64,000 nucleotides of DNA from the NCBI GenBank assembly GCA_964415615.1, contig CAYQAW010000005.1, positions 1,902 through 65,901 on the forward strand, read 5' to 3'. The stretch comes from an uncultured Gammaproteobacteria bacterium (GTDB lineage Bacteria; Patescibacteriota; Microgenomatia; Daviesbacterales; UBA10151). Of this stretch, positions 17,531 through 29,573 are shown piece by piece. Every line of letters starts with the position of its first letter. Position 1 is the stretch's first letter. The notes under the pieces are model-generated. The model worked only from the letters and a program-made list of their open reading frames with translations. It did no database searches and had not been told where the DNA came from. A program made the translations under genes and the position numbers.

Positions 17531-20356
17531 ATGATACAGAAAGTTAGAGTGCAAACAGTAATTGGTCCTGATTTAAAGGGTGACGGGATATTAAATGATA
17601 TCCAAAATATCTTAGGGATAAAAGAGGTTACCAAAGTTTCGGCAATTAAAGTTTACCGTTTAGAGGGAATTTCCAACAAAGAGGCAAAAATGCTGGCTGA
17701 TAAATTATTATGTGAATCAATCAACCAATCATGTGTTATAAATGAATCAATAGTTAACTCCAAAGCTAAGATGGTCGAAATAGCTTACCAACCAGGAGTA
17801 ATGAATCCCGAGGTTGCATCCATTATAAAAGCTGCTGGGGATTTAAAAATTAAACTTTTAGCCTGTGATAGTTCTTGGGAATATGCTTTTTTTGGTGTTT
17901 CTCAATCTGAAGCGATAGAAATTACTCAAAAACTTAAACTCTACAACCCTCTGATAGAGCACATAGTAAAAGAAGAACCGCTAACTTTAGTTATTAAAGG
18001 TAAGGCAGAAAAAACTCAAATTATTGCAATTAGAAATTGCACTGATGAGCAATTAATGGAATTATCCAAAGATAAACTATTTTTAAATTTGGAAGAAATG
18101 CAAACTATTAAAAAGCATTTTCAAAATATTAAAAGGGATCCTACTGATTTAGAGCTGGAAACTTTAGCTCAAACTTGGAGTGAGCATTCTGGGCATAAAA
18201 CTTTTAAAGCTAAAATTGTAGTAGATGGTAAAGAAAAAGATCCTCTAATAATAAGGCTTAAGAAAGAAGCTTTAAAGCATGATAAAAATATTGTTTCAGC
18301 ATTTTCTGATAACTCTGGGGTGATGGATTTTTACGATGGTTTCGGAATTTGTGGCAAAGTAGAAACCCATAATGCTCCTTCAGCTATAGAACCTTATGGG
18401 GGGGCTATGACTGGATCTGGAGGAGTGTTTAGGGATATTGCTGCAACTGGGAAGGGGGCAAAAAATATAGCCTCTACAGATATTTTCTGTTTTGCACCAC
18501 TTGATCTACCAGCAAAAGATTTACCAGCAGGGTGTTTGCCACCACAGTATTTATTAAAAAGGGTAGTTACTGGTGTTAAAGATTATGGAAATAGAATAGG
18601 AATTCCTACTAATAATGGATCTGTTCATTTCCATAAAGACTTCAGAGCTAAGCCTTCAGTAATTGTGGGAGCATATGGAATTGTTCCTAAAAAATATGCT
18701 TTAAAAGATGATCCCCAAAAAGATGATCTAATTATTACTGTGGGTGGCAGGACTGGCAGGGATGGTATTCATGGAGCTACTTTTTCCTCAGGCATAATGA
18801 GCGAAAAAACGATAGATGTACATTCATCTGCAGTTCAAATCGGAAATGCTATTGAGGAAAAAAGGACACTTGATGCGCTTTTGGAAGCCCGTGATCAAGG
18901 ACTTATAAGACTGGTCCAGGATTGTGGAGGTGGAGGTTTTTCTTCTGCTATTGGAGAGATAGGGGAAAGTTTGGGAGTTTCAATACAACTAGAGAAGGCT
19001 CCTTTGAAATATCCAGGACTTTCTCCTTGGGAAATTTGGGTGTCAGAATCTCAAGAGAGAATGATTGTGGTGCTGTCACAGAATAACTTAAAAGCTTTTG
19101 AAAAAGTTTGCAGAAAATACAATGCGGAAATGGCAGTATTAGGAAAATTTGATGGAAGCAAAAAATTAAAAGTAACTTTTGGTAAAGAGATTGTAGGTGA
19201 TTTGGATATGCAGTTTTTGCATCATGGGTTGCCAAAGAGAGTATTAAAAGCAAGTCATCAGCCATCAGTCATCAGCTATCAGACAAAACAAGTAAAAGAA
19301 CCAAAATCAGAAAAAGAATGGATCGGTGTTTTGAAAAAAGTATTAGCACATGGTAATGTTTGTTCAAAAGAACCAATTATTAGGTTATATGATCATTCGG
19401 TGCAGGGGACTAATGATTTACAGCCCTTTTCAGGAGTAAACCTTGATGGTCCAAATGATTCTCCAGTTTTAAGACCATTTTTGGATAAAAACTATGGCAT
19501 GATAATTTCACATGGCTTAAACCCAATTCTAAATAAAATAGATCCTTACTGGGGAAGTATCTGGGCAGCAACTGAAGCATTGTCTAATTTTGTAGCAGTT
19601 GGAGGAGACTACAAAAATGCATCTTTGATTAACAATTATATTTGGCCATTTCCAGATCCCGAGTCTTTATGGTCTTTGGACAGGTCTGTTGATGCAGTGG
19701 TAGATTTTATGAAAGTTTTTAAAATTCCAGTAATTTCTGGAAAAGATAGTTTGTCTTCAACTTATAGAAAGTCCAGTGGAGAGGTTATTAAAATCCCTCC
19801 AACACTTTGTATTTCTGTATTAGGAAAAATTAAAGATAGTAGAAAAACTGTGACTGCAGATTTTAAAAAAGTTGGATCAACAATAGTCTTAGTTGGGGAG
19901 CTTGACGAGCAATTGGGTGGATCAACCTATTTTGATGTTCAGGGGGTTCTAGGGTCTAATATACCTAGGATTGATTTGAAGATTTTACCAAAAACTTTTA
20001 ATGCTCTTTATAAGGGAATACATACAGGGAAAATCCTATCTTGCCATGATGTTTCAGAAGGTGGGATAATTTCTGCTATCTTTGAGATGTGTGTTGGAGG
20101 AAATTGTGGAGTAAAGATCGACAAAATTTCTCGATCGAAAAATTTTGATGAAACCATTTTTAATGAAACTGCAGGATGTTTTATTGTTGAGGTAGAAAAT
20201 GAAGGAATAGCAGAAAAACTTTTCAAAGATGTTCCTTATAAGATTATTGGAGGAACTAAAACAGAAAAAGAAATAGAAATAAAAAACATTTTTAAAGCAA
20301 ATGTTGATGACTTGAAAAAATCTTGGCAGGAACCAATGAAGGAAATGTTTCCATGA
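17531..20356 (+). CDS. purL: FGAM synthase subunit PurL with a ~215-aa PurS-like N-terminal extension (PurS-PurL fusion)
   Basis: Conserved PurL start DPTDLELETLAQTWSEHSGHKTF appears only at ~aa 215. Tandem AIR-synthase-related domains follow. 941 aa against ~740 for the small PurL. Confidence 0.8.
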   Translation: MIQKVRVQTVIGPDLKGDGILNDIQNILGIKEVTKVSAIKVYRLEGISNKEAKMLADKLLCESINQSCVINESIVNSKAKMVEIAYQPGVMNPEVASIIKAAGDLKIKLLACDSSWEYAFFGVSQSEAIEITQKLKLYNPLIEHIVKEEPLTLVIKGKAEKTQIIAIRNCTDEQLMELSKDKLFLNLEEMQTIKKHFQNIKRDPTDLELETLAQTWSEHSGHKTFKAKIVVDGKEKDPLIIRLKKEALKHDKNIVSAFSDNSGVMDFYDGFGICGKVETHNAPSAIEPYGGAMTGSGGVFRDIAATGKGAKNIASTDIFCFAPLDLPAKDLPAGCLPPQYLLKRVVTGVKDYGNRIGIPTNNGSVHFHKDFRAKPSVIVGAYGIVPKKYALKDDPQKDDLIITVGGRTGRDGIHGATFSSGIMSEKTIDVHSSAVQIGNAIEEKRTLDALLEARDQGLIRLVQDCGGGGFSSAIGEIGESLGVSIQLEKAPLKYPGLSPWEIWVSESQERMIVVLSQNNLKAFEKVCRKYNAEMAVLGKFDGSKKLKVTFGKEIVGDLDMQFLHHGLPKRVLKASHQPSVISYQTKQVKEPKSEKEWIGVLKKVLAHGNVCSKEPIIRLYDHSVQGTNDLQPFSGVNLDGPNDSPVLRPFLDKNYGMIISHGLNPILNKIDPYWGSIWAATEALSNFVAVGGDYKNASLINNYIWPFPDPESLWSLDRSVDAVVDFMKVFKIPVISGKDSLSSTYRKSSGEVIKIPPTLCISVLGKIKDSRKTVTADFKKVGSTIVLVGELDEQLGGSTYFDVQGVLGSNIPRIDLKILPKTFNALYKGIHTGKILSCHDVSEGGIISAIFEMCVGGNCGVKIDKISRSKNFDETIFNETAGCFIVEVENEGIAEKLFKDVPYKIIGGTKTEKEIEIKNIFKANVDDLKKSWQEPMKEMFP

Positions 20357-21105
20357 TAAAACCTAAAGTTCTAGTTTTAAAAGCAGATGGGACAAATAGG
20401 GATGAAGAAATGGCTTTTGCTTTTAAAGTTGCTGGAGCAAATCCACAAATAGTCCATATCAATGAATTAAGAGAAAATAAACAAAGCTTGGAAAATTTTC
20501 AGATACTCGCTCTACCAGGAGGTTTTGCTTATGGGGATGATATTGTCTCAGGAAAGATTTTAGCAATAGAGTTGACTTCATTTTTAGGTAAAGAGATGAA
20601 AAAATTTATAGAAAGGAAAGATACAGCAATTATTGGAGTTTGTAATGGGTTTCAGGTTTTGGTAAGAACAGGGCTTTTACCATTTAGGAAAATAGGAGAG
20701 ATGGATGTAACGCTGACCAATAATGACTCAGGACATTTTGAATGCAGATGGGTAAAAGTAAAAGTTAATAAAAATAATAATTCTAAATTATTAAAAGGAA
20801 TGGATGAAAAGATTTTATGGTTTCCCATAGCTCATGGGGAAGGCAAATTTTTTACAGATCAAAAAACTTTAAAAGAAGTAGAGGATAAAAATTTAGTGGC
20901 ATTTAGGTATATGGATAATCCAAATGGTTCTTTAAATGATATAGTTGGGATAACTGATCCAACAGGTAGAATCCTGGGAATGATGCCGCATCCAGAATGT
21001 TTTATAAGGGCAGAGCAGCATCCAAACTTTAGGCGTGGTAAAGTAGAGATAGATGGTTTACCTATTTTTGAAAATATAGTAAATCTTGTGAAAGGAAAAC
21101 TATGA
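20353..21105 (+). CDS. purQ: FGAM synthase glutamine amidotransferase subunit
   Basis: GVCNGFQVL catalytic Cys; HPE near the C-terminus. ATGA overlap with the purL stop. Confidence 0.85.
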   Translation: MIKPKVLVLKADGTNRDEEMAFAFKVAGANPQIVHINELRENKQSLENFQILALPGGFAYGDDIVSGKILAIELTSFLGKEMKKFIERKDTAIIGVCNGFQVLVRTGLLPFRKIGEMDVTLTNNDSGHFECRWVKVKVNKNNNSKLLKGMDEKILWFPIAHGEGKFFTDQKTLKEVEDKNLVAFRYMDNPNGSLNDIVGITDPTGRILGMMPHPECFIRAEQHPNFRRGKVEIDGLPIFENIVNLVKGKL

Positions 21106-22634
21106 TAATACTTATAGATTTTGGGTCACAAACAACACATTTAATATTAAGAAGAATTAGGGAACTTGGGGTAGAAGTTTTAATTACTATTCCTGAGTTG
21201 GCTCTACAAAAAATTGAAGAAGTAAATCCTAAAGGAATTATATTATCAGGTGGTCCTGCATCAGTCTATGAAAAAGACTCTCCTATAATTGATCCAAAGA
21301 TTTTTAAAATAGGCATTCCGGTTTTAGGAATTTGTTATGGACAACAGTTAATGTGCCACCTATTAGGAGGAGAAGTAAAAGCAGGATATAAAAAGGAATA
21401 TGGACCAGCTGAGCTAAGGATAAAGGGTGAAGGGGAAAGGGGGAAGCTATTGGAGGGTATACCAAGTGGGATTACTGTGTGGATGAGTCATGGAGATGAG
21501 GTGGTAAAGATACCAGAGGGCTTTGAAACTGTTGCAACAACTAAAACAATTCCTCATGCAGCAATAGAAAATAAAAAAGAAAAACTTTATGGAATTCAGT
21601 TTCACCCAGAAGTAGTCCATACTGAGCATGGGGGAGAGCTTTTAGAAAACTTCCTGAAAATTTGTGGGTTAGCTATTACAAAACAAGAAATAAACAAAGA
21701 ATTTGTGGATGGTCTTATCAAAGATATAAAAGATTCTGCTTTAGAGGATAAAGCAATTTGTGCTCTGTCTGGAGGGGTGGATTCTTCTGTGGCAGCACTT
21801 TTAGTCTATAAAGCAATTGGCAAAAATCTAGCATCTTTTTATATAAACTCAGGATTGATGAGAGAAAACGAGACAGAGACTTTGAGGGAAGTTTTTAAAA
21901 ATGATTATGATATGGATATAGAAATTATTGAAGCAAAGCATGAATTTTTAAAAAGCTTAAAAGGAGTTACTGACCCAGAGCAGAAAAGAAAAGCAATTGG
22001 TAAAACTTTTATAGAAAGTTTTGATATTGCTGCTAAAAAAACTGGAGCAAAGTTTTTAGTACAGGGGACAATTTATCCAGATGTGATTGAGTCTGCAGGC
22101 AGTAAGTATTCTCAGGTAATAAAATCTCATCATAATGTTGGAGGGCTGCCTGAAAATATGAATTTGGTATTACTTGAGCCTTTGAGGAATTTTTATAAAG
22201 ATGAGGTAAAAAAGATAGGTAAGATTTTAGGTCTGCCAGATAAAATTTTAAACAGGCAGCCTTTTCCAGGTCCAGGACTTGCTGTCAGAATTATTGGGGA
22301 AGTAACAGAAAATAAGTTAGAAATTTTAAGAAAAGCAGATAAAATTGTTCAAGAGGAAATTCAAAAAACAAAGTTAGAAGGAAGTCTTTGGCAAGTATTT
22401 GCTGTATTTACTGGGATCAAGACAACAGGGGTCAGAGGTGATGAGAGGGCATATGGAGAAACTATTGCCATAAGAGCCATTGAAGCCCAGGATGCTATGT
22501 CTGCCAATTTTGCCAAACTGCCTTATGAGGTTTTAGAAAAAATCAGTTTAAGAATTGTCACAGAAGTACCAGAAGTAAACAGAGTTGTTTATGATATTAC
22601 CAATAAACCCCCAGCCACTATGGAATGGGAATAA
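21102..22634 (+). CDS. guaA: GMP synthase (glutamine-hydrolysing)
   Basis: GATase domain (GICYGQQL), PP-loop SGGVDSSV, C-terminal dimerisation domain ...ATMEWE*. Confidence 0.9.
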   Translation: MIILIDFGSQTTHLILRRIRELGVEVLITIPELALQKIEEVNPKGIILSGGPASVYEKDSPIIDPKIFKIGIPVLGICYGQQLMCHLLGGEVKAGYKKEYGPAELRIKGEGERGKLLEGIPSGITVWMSHGDEVVKIPEGFETVATTKTIPHAAIENKKEKLYGIQFHPEVVHTEHGGELLENFLKICGLAITKQEINKEFVDGLIKDIKDSALEDKAICALSGGVDSSVAALLVYKAIGKNLASFYINSGLMRENETETLREVFKNDYDMDIEIIEAKHEFLKSLKGVTDPEQKRKAIGKTFIESFDIAAKKTGAKFLVQGTIYPDVIESAGSKYSQVIKSHHNVGGLPENMNLVLLEPLRNFYKDEVKKIGKILGLPDKILNRQPFPGPGLAVRIIGEVTENKLEILRKADKIVQEEIQKTKLEGSLWQVFAVFTGIKTTGVRGDERAYGETIAIRAIEAQDAMSANFAKLPYEVLEKISLRIVTEVPEVNRVVYDITNKPPATMEWE

Positions 22635-22636
22635 AA
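22599..22636 (+). repeat. Left copy of a 38-nt direct repeat (guaA 3' end, 35/38 identical to 23190-23227)
   Basis: accaataaacccccagccactatggaatgggaataaaa versus accaacaaacccccagttactatggaatgggaataaaa. Confidence 0.85.
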
Positions 22637-22640
22637 ATAA

Positions 22641-22898
22641 ATGGATACAAAAATCATTCGCGAAAAAATTATTAAAAGTGAATTTGATCTTTCAGAACAT
22701 GCGCATAAGGAACGCCAGATCGAACAAATAACTATCAAAGAGATAGAGCAAACTATTTTAGAAAATGATATAATTGAAAAGTATCCAAAAGATCCAAGAG
22801 GTCCAAGTTGTCTAATTGGAAACGCTAGTTTGCACGTTGTTTGTGGATTCAGAAATGCTAGACTGCTTGTAGTTACAGTCTACCCTACCGACCAGTAA
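22641..22898 (+). CDS. DUF4258-family protein (putative toxin of a DUF4258 / YgiT-zinc-finger type II TA pair)
   Basis: 85 aa. Basic C-terminal ...VVCGFRNARLLVVTVYPTD. Gene pairing with a YgiT-type zinc-finger partner. Confidence 0.55.
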   Translation: MDTKIIREKIIKSEFDLSEHAHKERQIEQITIKEIEQTILENDIIEKYPKDPRGPSCLIGNASLHVVCGFRNARLLVVTVYPTDQ

Positions 22899-22946
22899 CC
22901 CCAACTTGGAAGGATTATAAAACAAGAGTAAAGGAGTTAAAAAGCC

Positions 22947-23183
22947 GTGTCTAAATGTTATTTTTGTGGGGGGAATACTCAAATAAAAAAGATTGATATA
23001 GACTTCAGATGGGGAGATAAACTTTATGTGATTCAAAAAGTTCCCGTAGAAGTTTGTACCAGATGTGGTGAAAGATATTATTCTGCCAAGGTATCTCATA
23101 AGATCGATAAAATAGTTCAAGAAAGCTCTAAGACTAAAAAGCCTAAAAGGATTATTGAAGTTCCTGTTTTTAACTTTGCCTAG
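22947..23183 (+). CDS. YgiT-type zinc-finger protein (MqsA-like N-terminal zinc ribbon; putative antitoxin)
   Basis: CYFCGG...x22...CTRCGERY zinc-ribbon pattern typical of YgiT/MqsA N-domains; 78 aa. Confidence 0.6.
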   Translation: MSKCYFCGGNTQIKKIDIDFRWGDKLYVIQKVPVEVCTRCGERYYSAKVSHKIDKIVQESSKTKKPKRIIEVPVFNFA

Positions 23184-23189
23184 AATTTC

Positions 23190-23227
23190 ACCAACAAACC
23201 CCCAGTTACTATGGAATGGGAATAAAA
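23190..23227 (+). repeat. Right copy of the 38-nt direct repeat; non-coding, abutting the purA stop
   Basis: Direct sequence comparison. Confidence 0.85.
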
Positions 23228-25582
<2,355 letters not shown>

Positions 25583-26674
25583 ATGAATAAACCACAAATA
25601 ACAATAGTAGTATTGGGTAGCCATTCCGCACTGGATGTATGCCGTGGCGCTAAAGATGAAGGTTTTAATACTTTAGTTATTGTTCAAAAGGGTAGAGATA
25701 AAACATATGCAAAGTACTTTAAAACTCAAGGTGAGGTTGGTTGTGTTGATGAGGTTATAGAACTGGAAAAATTTGTTGATATTTTAAAGCCAGAAGTTCA
25801 AGAACAATTATTAAAAAGAAATGCTATATTTGTTCCTCATAGATCTTTTGAAGTTTATATTAACGATTACAATGCAATTGAAAAAAAGTTTAAAGTACAA
25901 ATGTTTGGCAACAGATTTTTACTTAAGTCAGAAGAAAGAGGAGTAAAACCCAATCAATATGATTTATTGGATGAGGCAAAGATCCGTTATCCTAAACAAT
26001 TCAAGGATCCAAAAGAAATAGATAGGCTTTGTATAGTAAAAGTATTGGAAAAGATGAGAGGGTTTGAGAGAGCGTTTTTCTTTGCATCCTCTTTTGAAGA
26101 GTATCAAGCAGGAATAACCCATGGACTGGGTTTAGGGAAGTTTACAGAAGAACAAGTAAAAAATGCAGTGATAGAAGAGTTTATAGTGGGAGTTCAGGTT
26201 AATTTTAATTTCTTTTATTCACCAATTAACAAAAGAGTTGAATTAATAGGTACTGATACTAGAAGACAAACAAATATAGAGGGTTTAACTAAATTACCTT
26301 CCATTTACGAGCAGGAGTTAATGAAGAAAATAGAAGTAAAGTATGAAGAAGCAGGACATATTGCAGTAACAGTTTTAGAATCGTTGCTTGAAGATGCTTA
26401 TGCTTTGGGAGAAAGATTTGTTGAGGCTTCACAAAAATTATATATACCTGGTGTAATAGGCCCATTTGGTTTGCAAACTATGATAACAGCAGGTCCTCCT
26501 AAAAAAGAAATAATTGTTTTTGATGTGTCTCCCAGAATGCCAGGATCCCCTGGAATATTTGCTACTCCTTATAGCGGGTATTTGTATGGTAAAAATATTA
26601 GTATGGGAAAAAGGGTAGCAATGGAAATAAGATATGCTTTAGAAAAAGGAGAAATAGAAAAAGTACTAACATGA
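25583..26674 (+). CDS. PurP-like ATP-grasp protein, copy 2 (tandem paralogue)
   Basis: LGSHSALDVCRGAKDEGF. Collinear similarity to the upstream ORF (for example FFYSP, GPF.L.T.I). Confidence 0.6.
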   Translation: MNKPQITIVVLGSHSALDVCRGAKDEGFNTLVIVQKGRDKTYAKYFKTQGEVGCVDEVIELEKFVDILKPEVQEQLLKRNAIFVPHRSFEVYINDYNAIEKKFKVQMFGNRFLLKSEERGVKPNQYDLLDEAKIRYPKQFKDPKEIDRLCIVKVLEKMRGFERAFFFASSFEEYQAGITHGLGLGKFTEEQVKNAVIEEFIVGVQVNFNFFYSPINKRVELIGTDTRRQTNIEGLTKLPSIYEQELMKKIEVKYEEAGHIAVTVLESLLEDAYALGERFVEASQKLYIPGVIGPFGLQTMITAGPPKKEIIVFDVSPRMPGSPGIFATPYSGYLYGKNISMGKRVAMEIRYALEKGEIEKVLT

Positions 26675-28188
26675 GTGGCAAAAAATATGCATTAGTTAGT
26701 GTTTATGACAAAACCGGAATTGTTGATTTTGCTAGAGTTTTGACAAAATTAGGGTATGAAATTATTTCTACAGGTGGGACATTAGAAGTTTTAACAAAAG
26801 ACGGGATAAAAGTTACACCAATTGAAGAGATAACAGGAAATCCCAGAGATTCTTTTGATGGCAGGATGAAAACGATCAGTTTTCAGATAGAATCAGGTCT
26901 TTTATATGATAGAAAAAATCACCAACATGTTGAGCAAGCTGAAAAATTAAATATTCCTCAAATAGATATAGTAGTTTGTAATTTTTATCCGTTTGAGCAA
27001 AAACCTGGTATTGAAACAATAGATGTAGGCGGGCCTACTATGATTAGGGCAGCTGCTAAAAATTATGAAAACGTACTAGTAATAGTTGACCCTAGTGATT
27101 ACAAAGAAGACTTAAACGTCTTGAATGAACAAAGTCAGCAATTAGCAGCTAAAGCTTTTTACCATCTTTCATTTTATGATAGCCAGATAGGTAAGTTTTT
27201 CTCCAAAGAGAAATTTCCCAAAGAAGTAACTGTGCCACTGCGAAAAACTAATATCTTGAGGTATGGAGAAAATCCTCATCAGGAAGGGGCTTTATATTTA
27301 ATACCCAATACTAATTCACCATTTGCTAAATTAAAACACCTTTGGGGTAGGGAATTATCTGGCACAAATATTGGTGATATTCAAGCGGGTCTGGAAACTG
27401 TCAGACAATTTAGGCAACCTGCTGCTTGTGTAATTAAACATTTAAGCCCTTGTGGGATAGCAACTGGTGCAGATGTTAGAGAGGCTTTATATTATGCTAT
27501 TGAAGCAGACCCTGTTTCCGCTTTTGGAGGAGTGATTGTTTTAAACAAAGTAATGGATTTAGAAGCTGCCAAGAATGTGGCAACGTTTAAAAATGAAAGG
27601 GAAGAAAATATAGATATTGTAGCTGTGCCAGATGTAACTCCTGATGCTTTAGAACTTTTGAAAAAGGTTAGGAAGAGTATGGGAGTTTATACTTTTGGGG
27701 AGATTGAAGATAAAAGAAGTGAAAAGTGGGATCTAAAATATTTTGCAGGAGCAGTGCTTTTGCAGGATTTTGATGATAATGTAGAGGATAGTTTTAAAGA
27801 CTGGAAAGTGGTGACTAAAGAGAAACCCACAGAAAAGCAGCTGCAGCAAATGCAGTTTGGTTTTAAATGCGTAAAAGCTGTGCGTTCTAATGCAGTGATT
27901 GTGATTGATAAAGATATTCCGATGACCCGTGGTATTGGTTCTGGACAAACTTCCAGAGTTGGTGCTACCAAAATTGCTTTAGAGCAAGCTGGGGATCTAG
28001 CAAAAGGTGGAATTTTAATAAGTGATAGCTTTTTCCCATTTGATGACAGTGTAAATTTAGCAGCAAAATATGGAATTGGTGCAATAGTTGAGCAGGGTGG
28101 GTCTATAAATGATAAACTTTCAATAGAGGCAGCTGATCAAGCAGAAATACCAATGGTATTTACAGGAAGGAGAGCATTTAGACACTAA
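26671..28188 (+). CDS. purH: Bifunctional AICAR transformylase / IMP cyclohydrolase
   Basis: MGS-like N-terminus (ALVSVYDKTGIVDFA...ISTGGT) and an AICARFT C-terminal domain; 505 aa. Confidence 0.8.
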   Translation: MSGKKYALVSVYDKTGIVDFARVLTKLGYEIISTGGTLEVLTKDGIKVTPIEEITGNPRDSFDGRMKTISFQIESGLLYDRKNHQHVEQAEKLNIPQIDIVVCNFYPFEQKPGIETIDVGGPTMIRAAAKNYENVLVIVDPSDYKEDLNVLNEQSQQLAAKAFYHLSFYDSQIGKFFSKEKFPKEVTVPLRKTNILRYGENPHQEGALYLIPNTNSPFAKLKHLWGRELSGTNIGDIQAGLETVRQFRQPAACVIKHLSPCGIATGADVREALYYAIEADPVSAFGGVIVLNKVMDLEAAKNVATFKNEREENIDIVAVPDVTPDALELLKKVRKSMGVYTFGEIEDKRSEKWDLKYFAGAVLLQDFDDNVEDSFKDWKVVTKEKPTEKQLQQMQFGFKCVKAVRSNAVIVIDKDIPMTRGIGSGQTSRVGATKIALEQAGDLAKGGILISDSFFPFDDSVNLAAKYGIGAIVEQGGSINDKLSIEAADQAEIPMVFTGRRAFRH

Positions 28189-29573
28189 TGAGAAAAGATT
28201 TTACAACTTATACCTCACCTTTTTCCTGGAGATATGGATCAGTGCAGATGAGAAAAATATTTTCAGAAGAGAAAAAATACAGACTTTGGAGAAAGATTTG
28301 GGTGGAACTTGCTAGGGCTCAAAATAAACTGGGGCTGGTTTCTACTGAAGAACTGAAAGATCTTGAAGATAATCAGGAAAATATTGATATAGATAGAATT
28401 TGGGAGATAGAAAAAGATACCCGTCATGATGTGGTGGCAGCCATTAAAGAGTTCGCCGAGAAAGCCAAAATTGGAGGAGGAAAAATTCACCTCGGGGCTA
28501 CCTCTATGGATATTAATGATAATGCAGAAACTATTAGAATTACCCAAGCCTTAAACTTAATAGAAAAAGAACTATTAAATGTTATTAAAGCTTTTGGTAA
28601 AAAAGTGGAACAATATGCTGATTTTGTATGTATGGGTTATACCCATTTGCAATCAGCAGAACCAACCACTTTAGGTTACAGGTTTGCTTTCTATGCACAA
28701 GATTTATTAATGGATTTAGAGCTTTTAGAATTTGTAAAGAAAAACTTAAAAGGCAAAGGATTAAAAGGAGCTGTAGGAACTTCAGCCAGTTATGCTAAGT
28801 TGGCAGGTATAGAAGAAGCTTCTGAGATGGAAGGATTAGTAATGGAAAAATTAGGAATTGAGATTATCGAGGTTGCCAATCAAACATATCCAAGAAAAAT
28901 TGATTTATTAGTTGCGAATTTACTTTCATCTATTGCCCAATCTTTATACAAATTTGCTTTTGATTTAAGAATTATGCAATCTCCAGGATTTGGAGAGTGG
29001 CAGGAGCCTTTTGGTAAATTTCAAGTAGGCTCATCTGCTATGCCTTTCAAGAAAAATCCAATCAAGTCTGAGCAGATTTGTTCCTTATCTAGGTTAGTAG
29101 TTAGCCTGTCTAGAACCAGTTGGGATAATGCTGCACATATGTTGCTTGAGCGAACTTTGGATGATTCAGCAAACAGAAGAATAGCTATTCCTGAGATGTT
29201 TTTGGGGCTGGATGAAATGTTAACTTCTGCAATAGATATAGTTGAGGGTTTAACGATTAACGATAAACGAATAACGAAGAACATATTAACCTATTGGCCT
29301 TTTTCAGCCAGTGAAGCAATAATTATTGAGTCAGTAAAAAAAGGCGCAGATAGGCAAAAAATGCATGAGGAGTTAAGAGAGATTTCTATGAGAGCATGGG
29401 AGGATATTGCTGAAGGTAGCTCTAATCCCATGGAAGATTTACTGAAAGAGAATTCATATATAGGACAGTTTCTAAAACCAATAGAAATTACTAACTTGCT
29501 GGATGCTCAAAATCATATTGGTAATGCTAATAAAAAAGCTTTAGAATTAGTAGGTAAAATAGCAAAACTATGA
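28188..29573 (+). CDS. purB: Adenylosuccinate lyase
   Basis: Fumarate-lyase signature GSSAMPFKKNP. Confidence 0.85.
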   Translation: MRKDFTTYTSPFSWRYGSVQMRKIFSEEKKYRLWRKIWVELARAQNKLGLVSTEELKDLEDNQENIDIDRIWEIEKDTRHDVVAAIKEFAEKAKIGGGKIHLGATSMDINDNAETIRITQALNLIEKELLNVIKAFGKKVEQYADFVCMGYTHLQSAEPTTLGYRFAFYAQDLLMDLELLEFVKKNLKGKGLKGAVGTSASYAKLAGIEEASEMEGLVMEKLGIEIIEVANQTYPRKIDLLVANLLSSIAQSLYKFAFDLRIMQSPGFGEWQEPFGKFQVGSSAMPFKKNPIKSEQICSLSRLVVSLSRTSWDNAAHMLLERTLDDSANRRIAIPEMFLGLDEMLTSAIDIVEGLTINDKRITKNILTYWPFSASEAIIIESVKKGADRQKMHEELREISMRAWEDIAEGSSNPMEDLLKENSYIGQFLKPIEITNLLDAQNHIGNANKKALELVGKIAKL

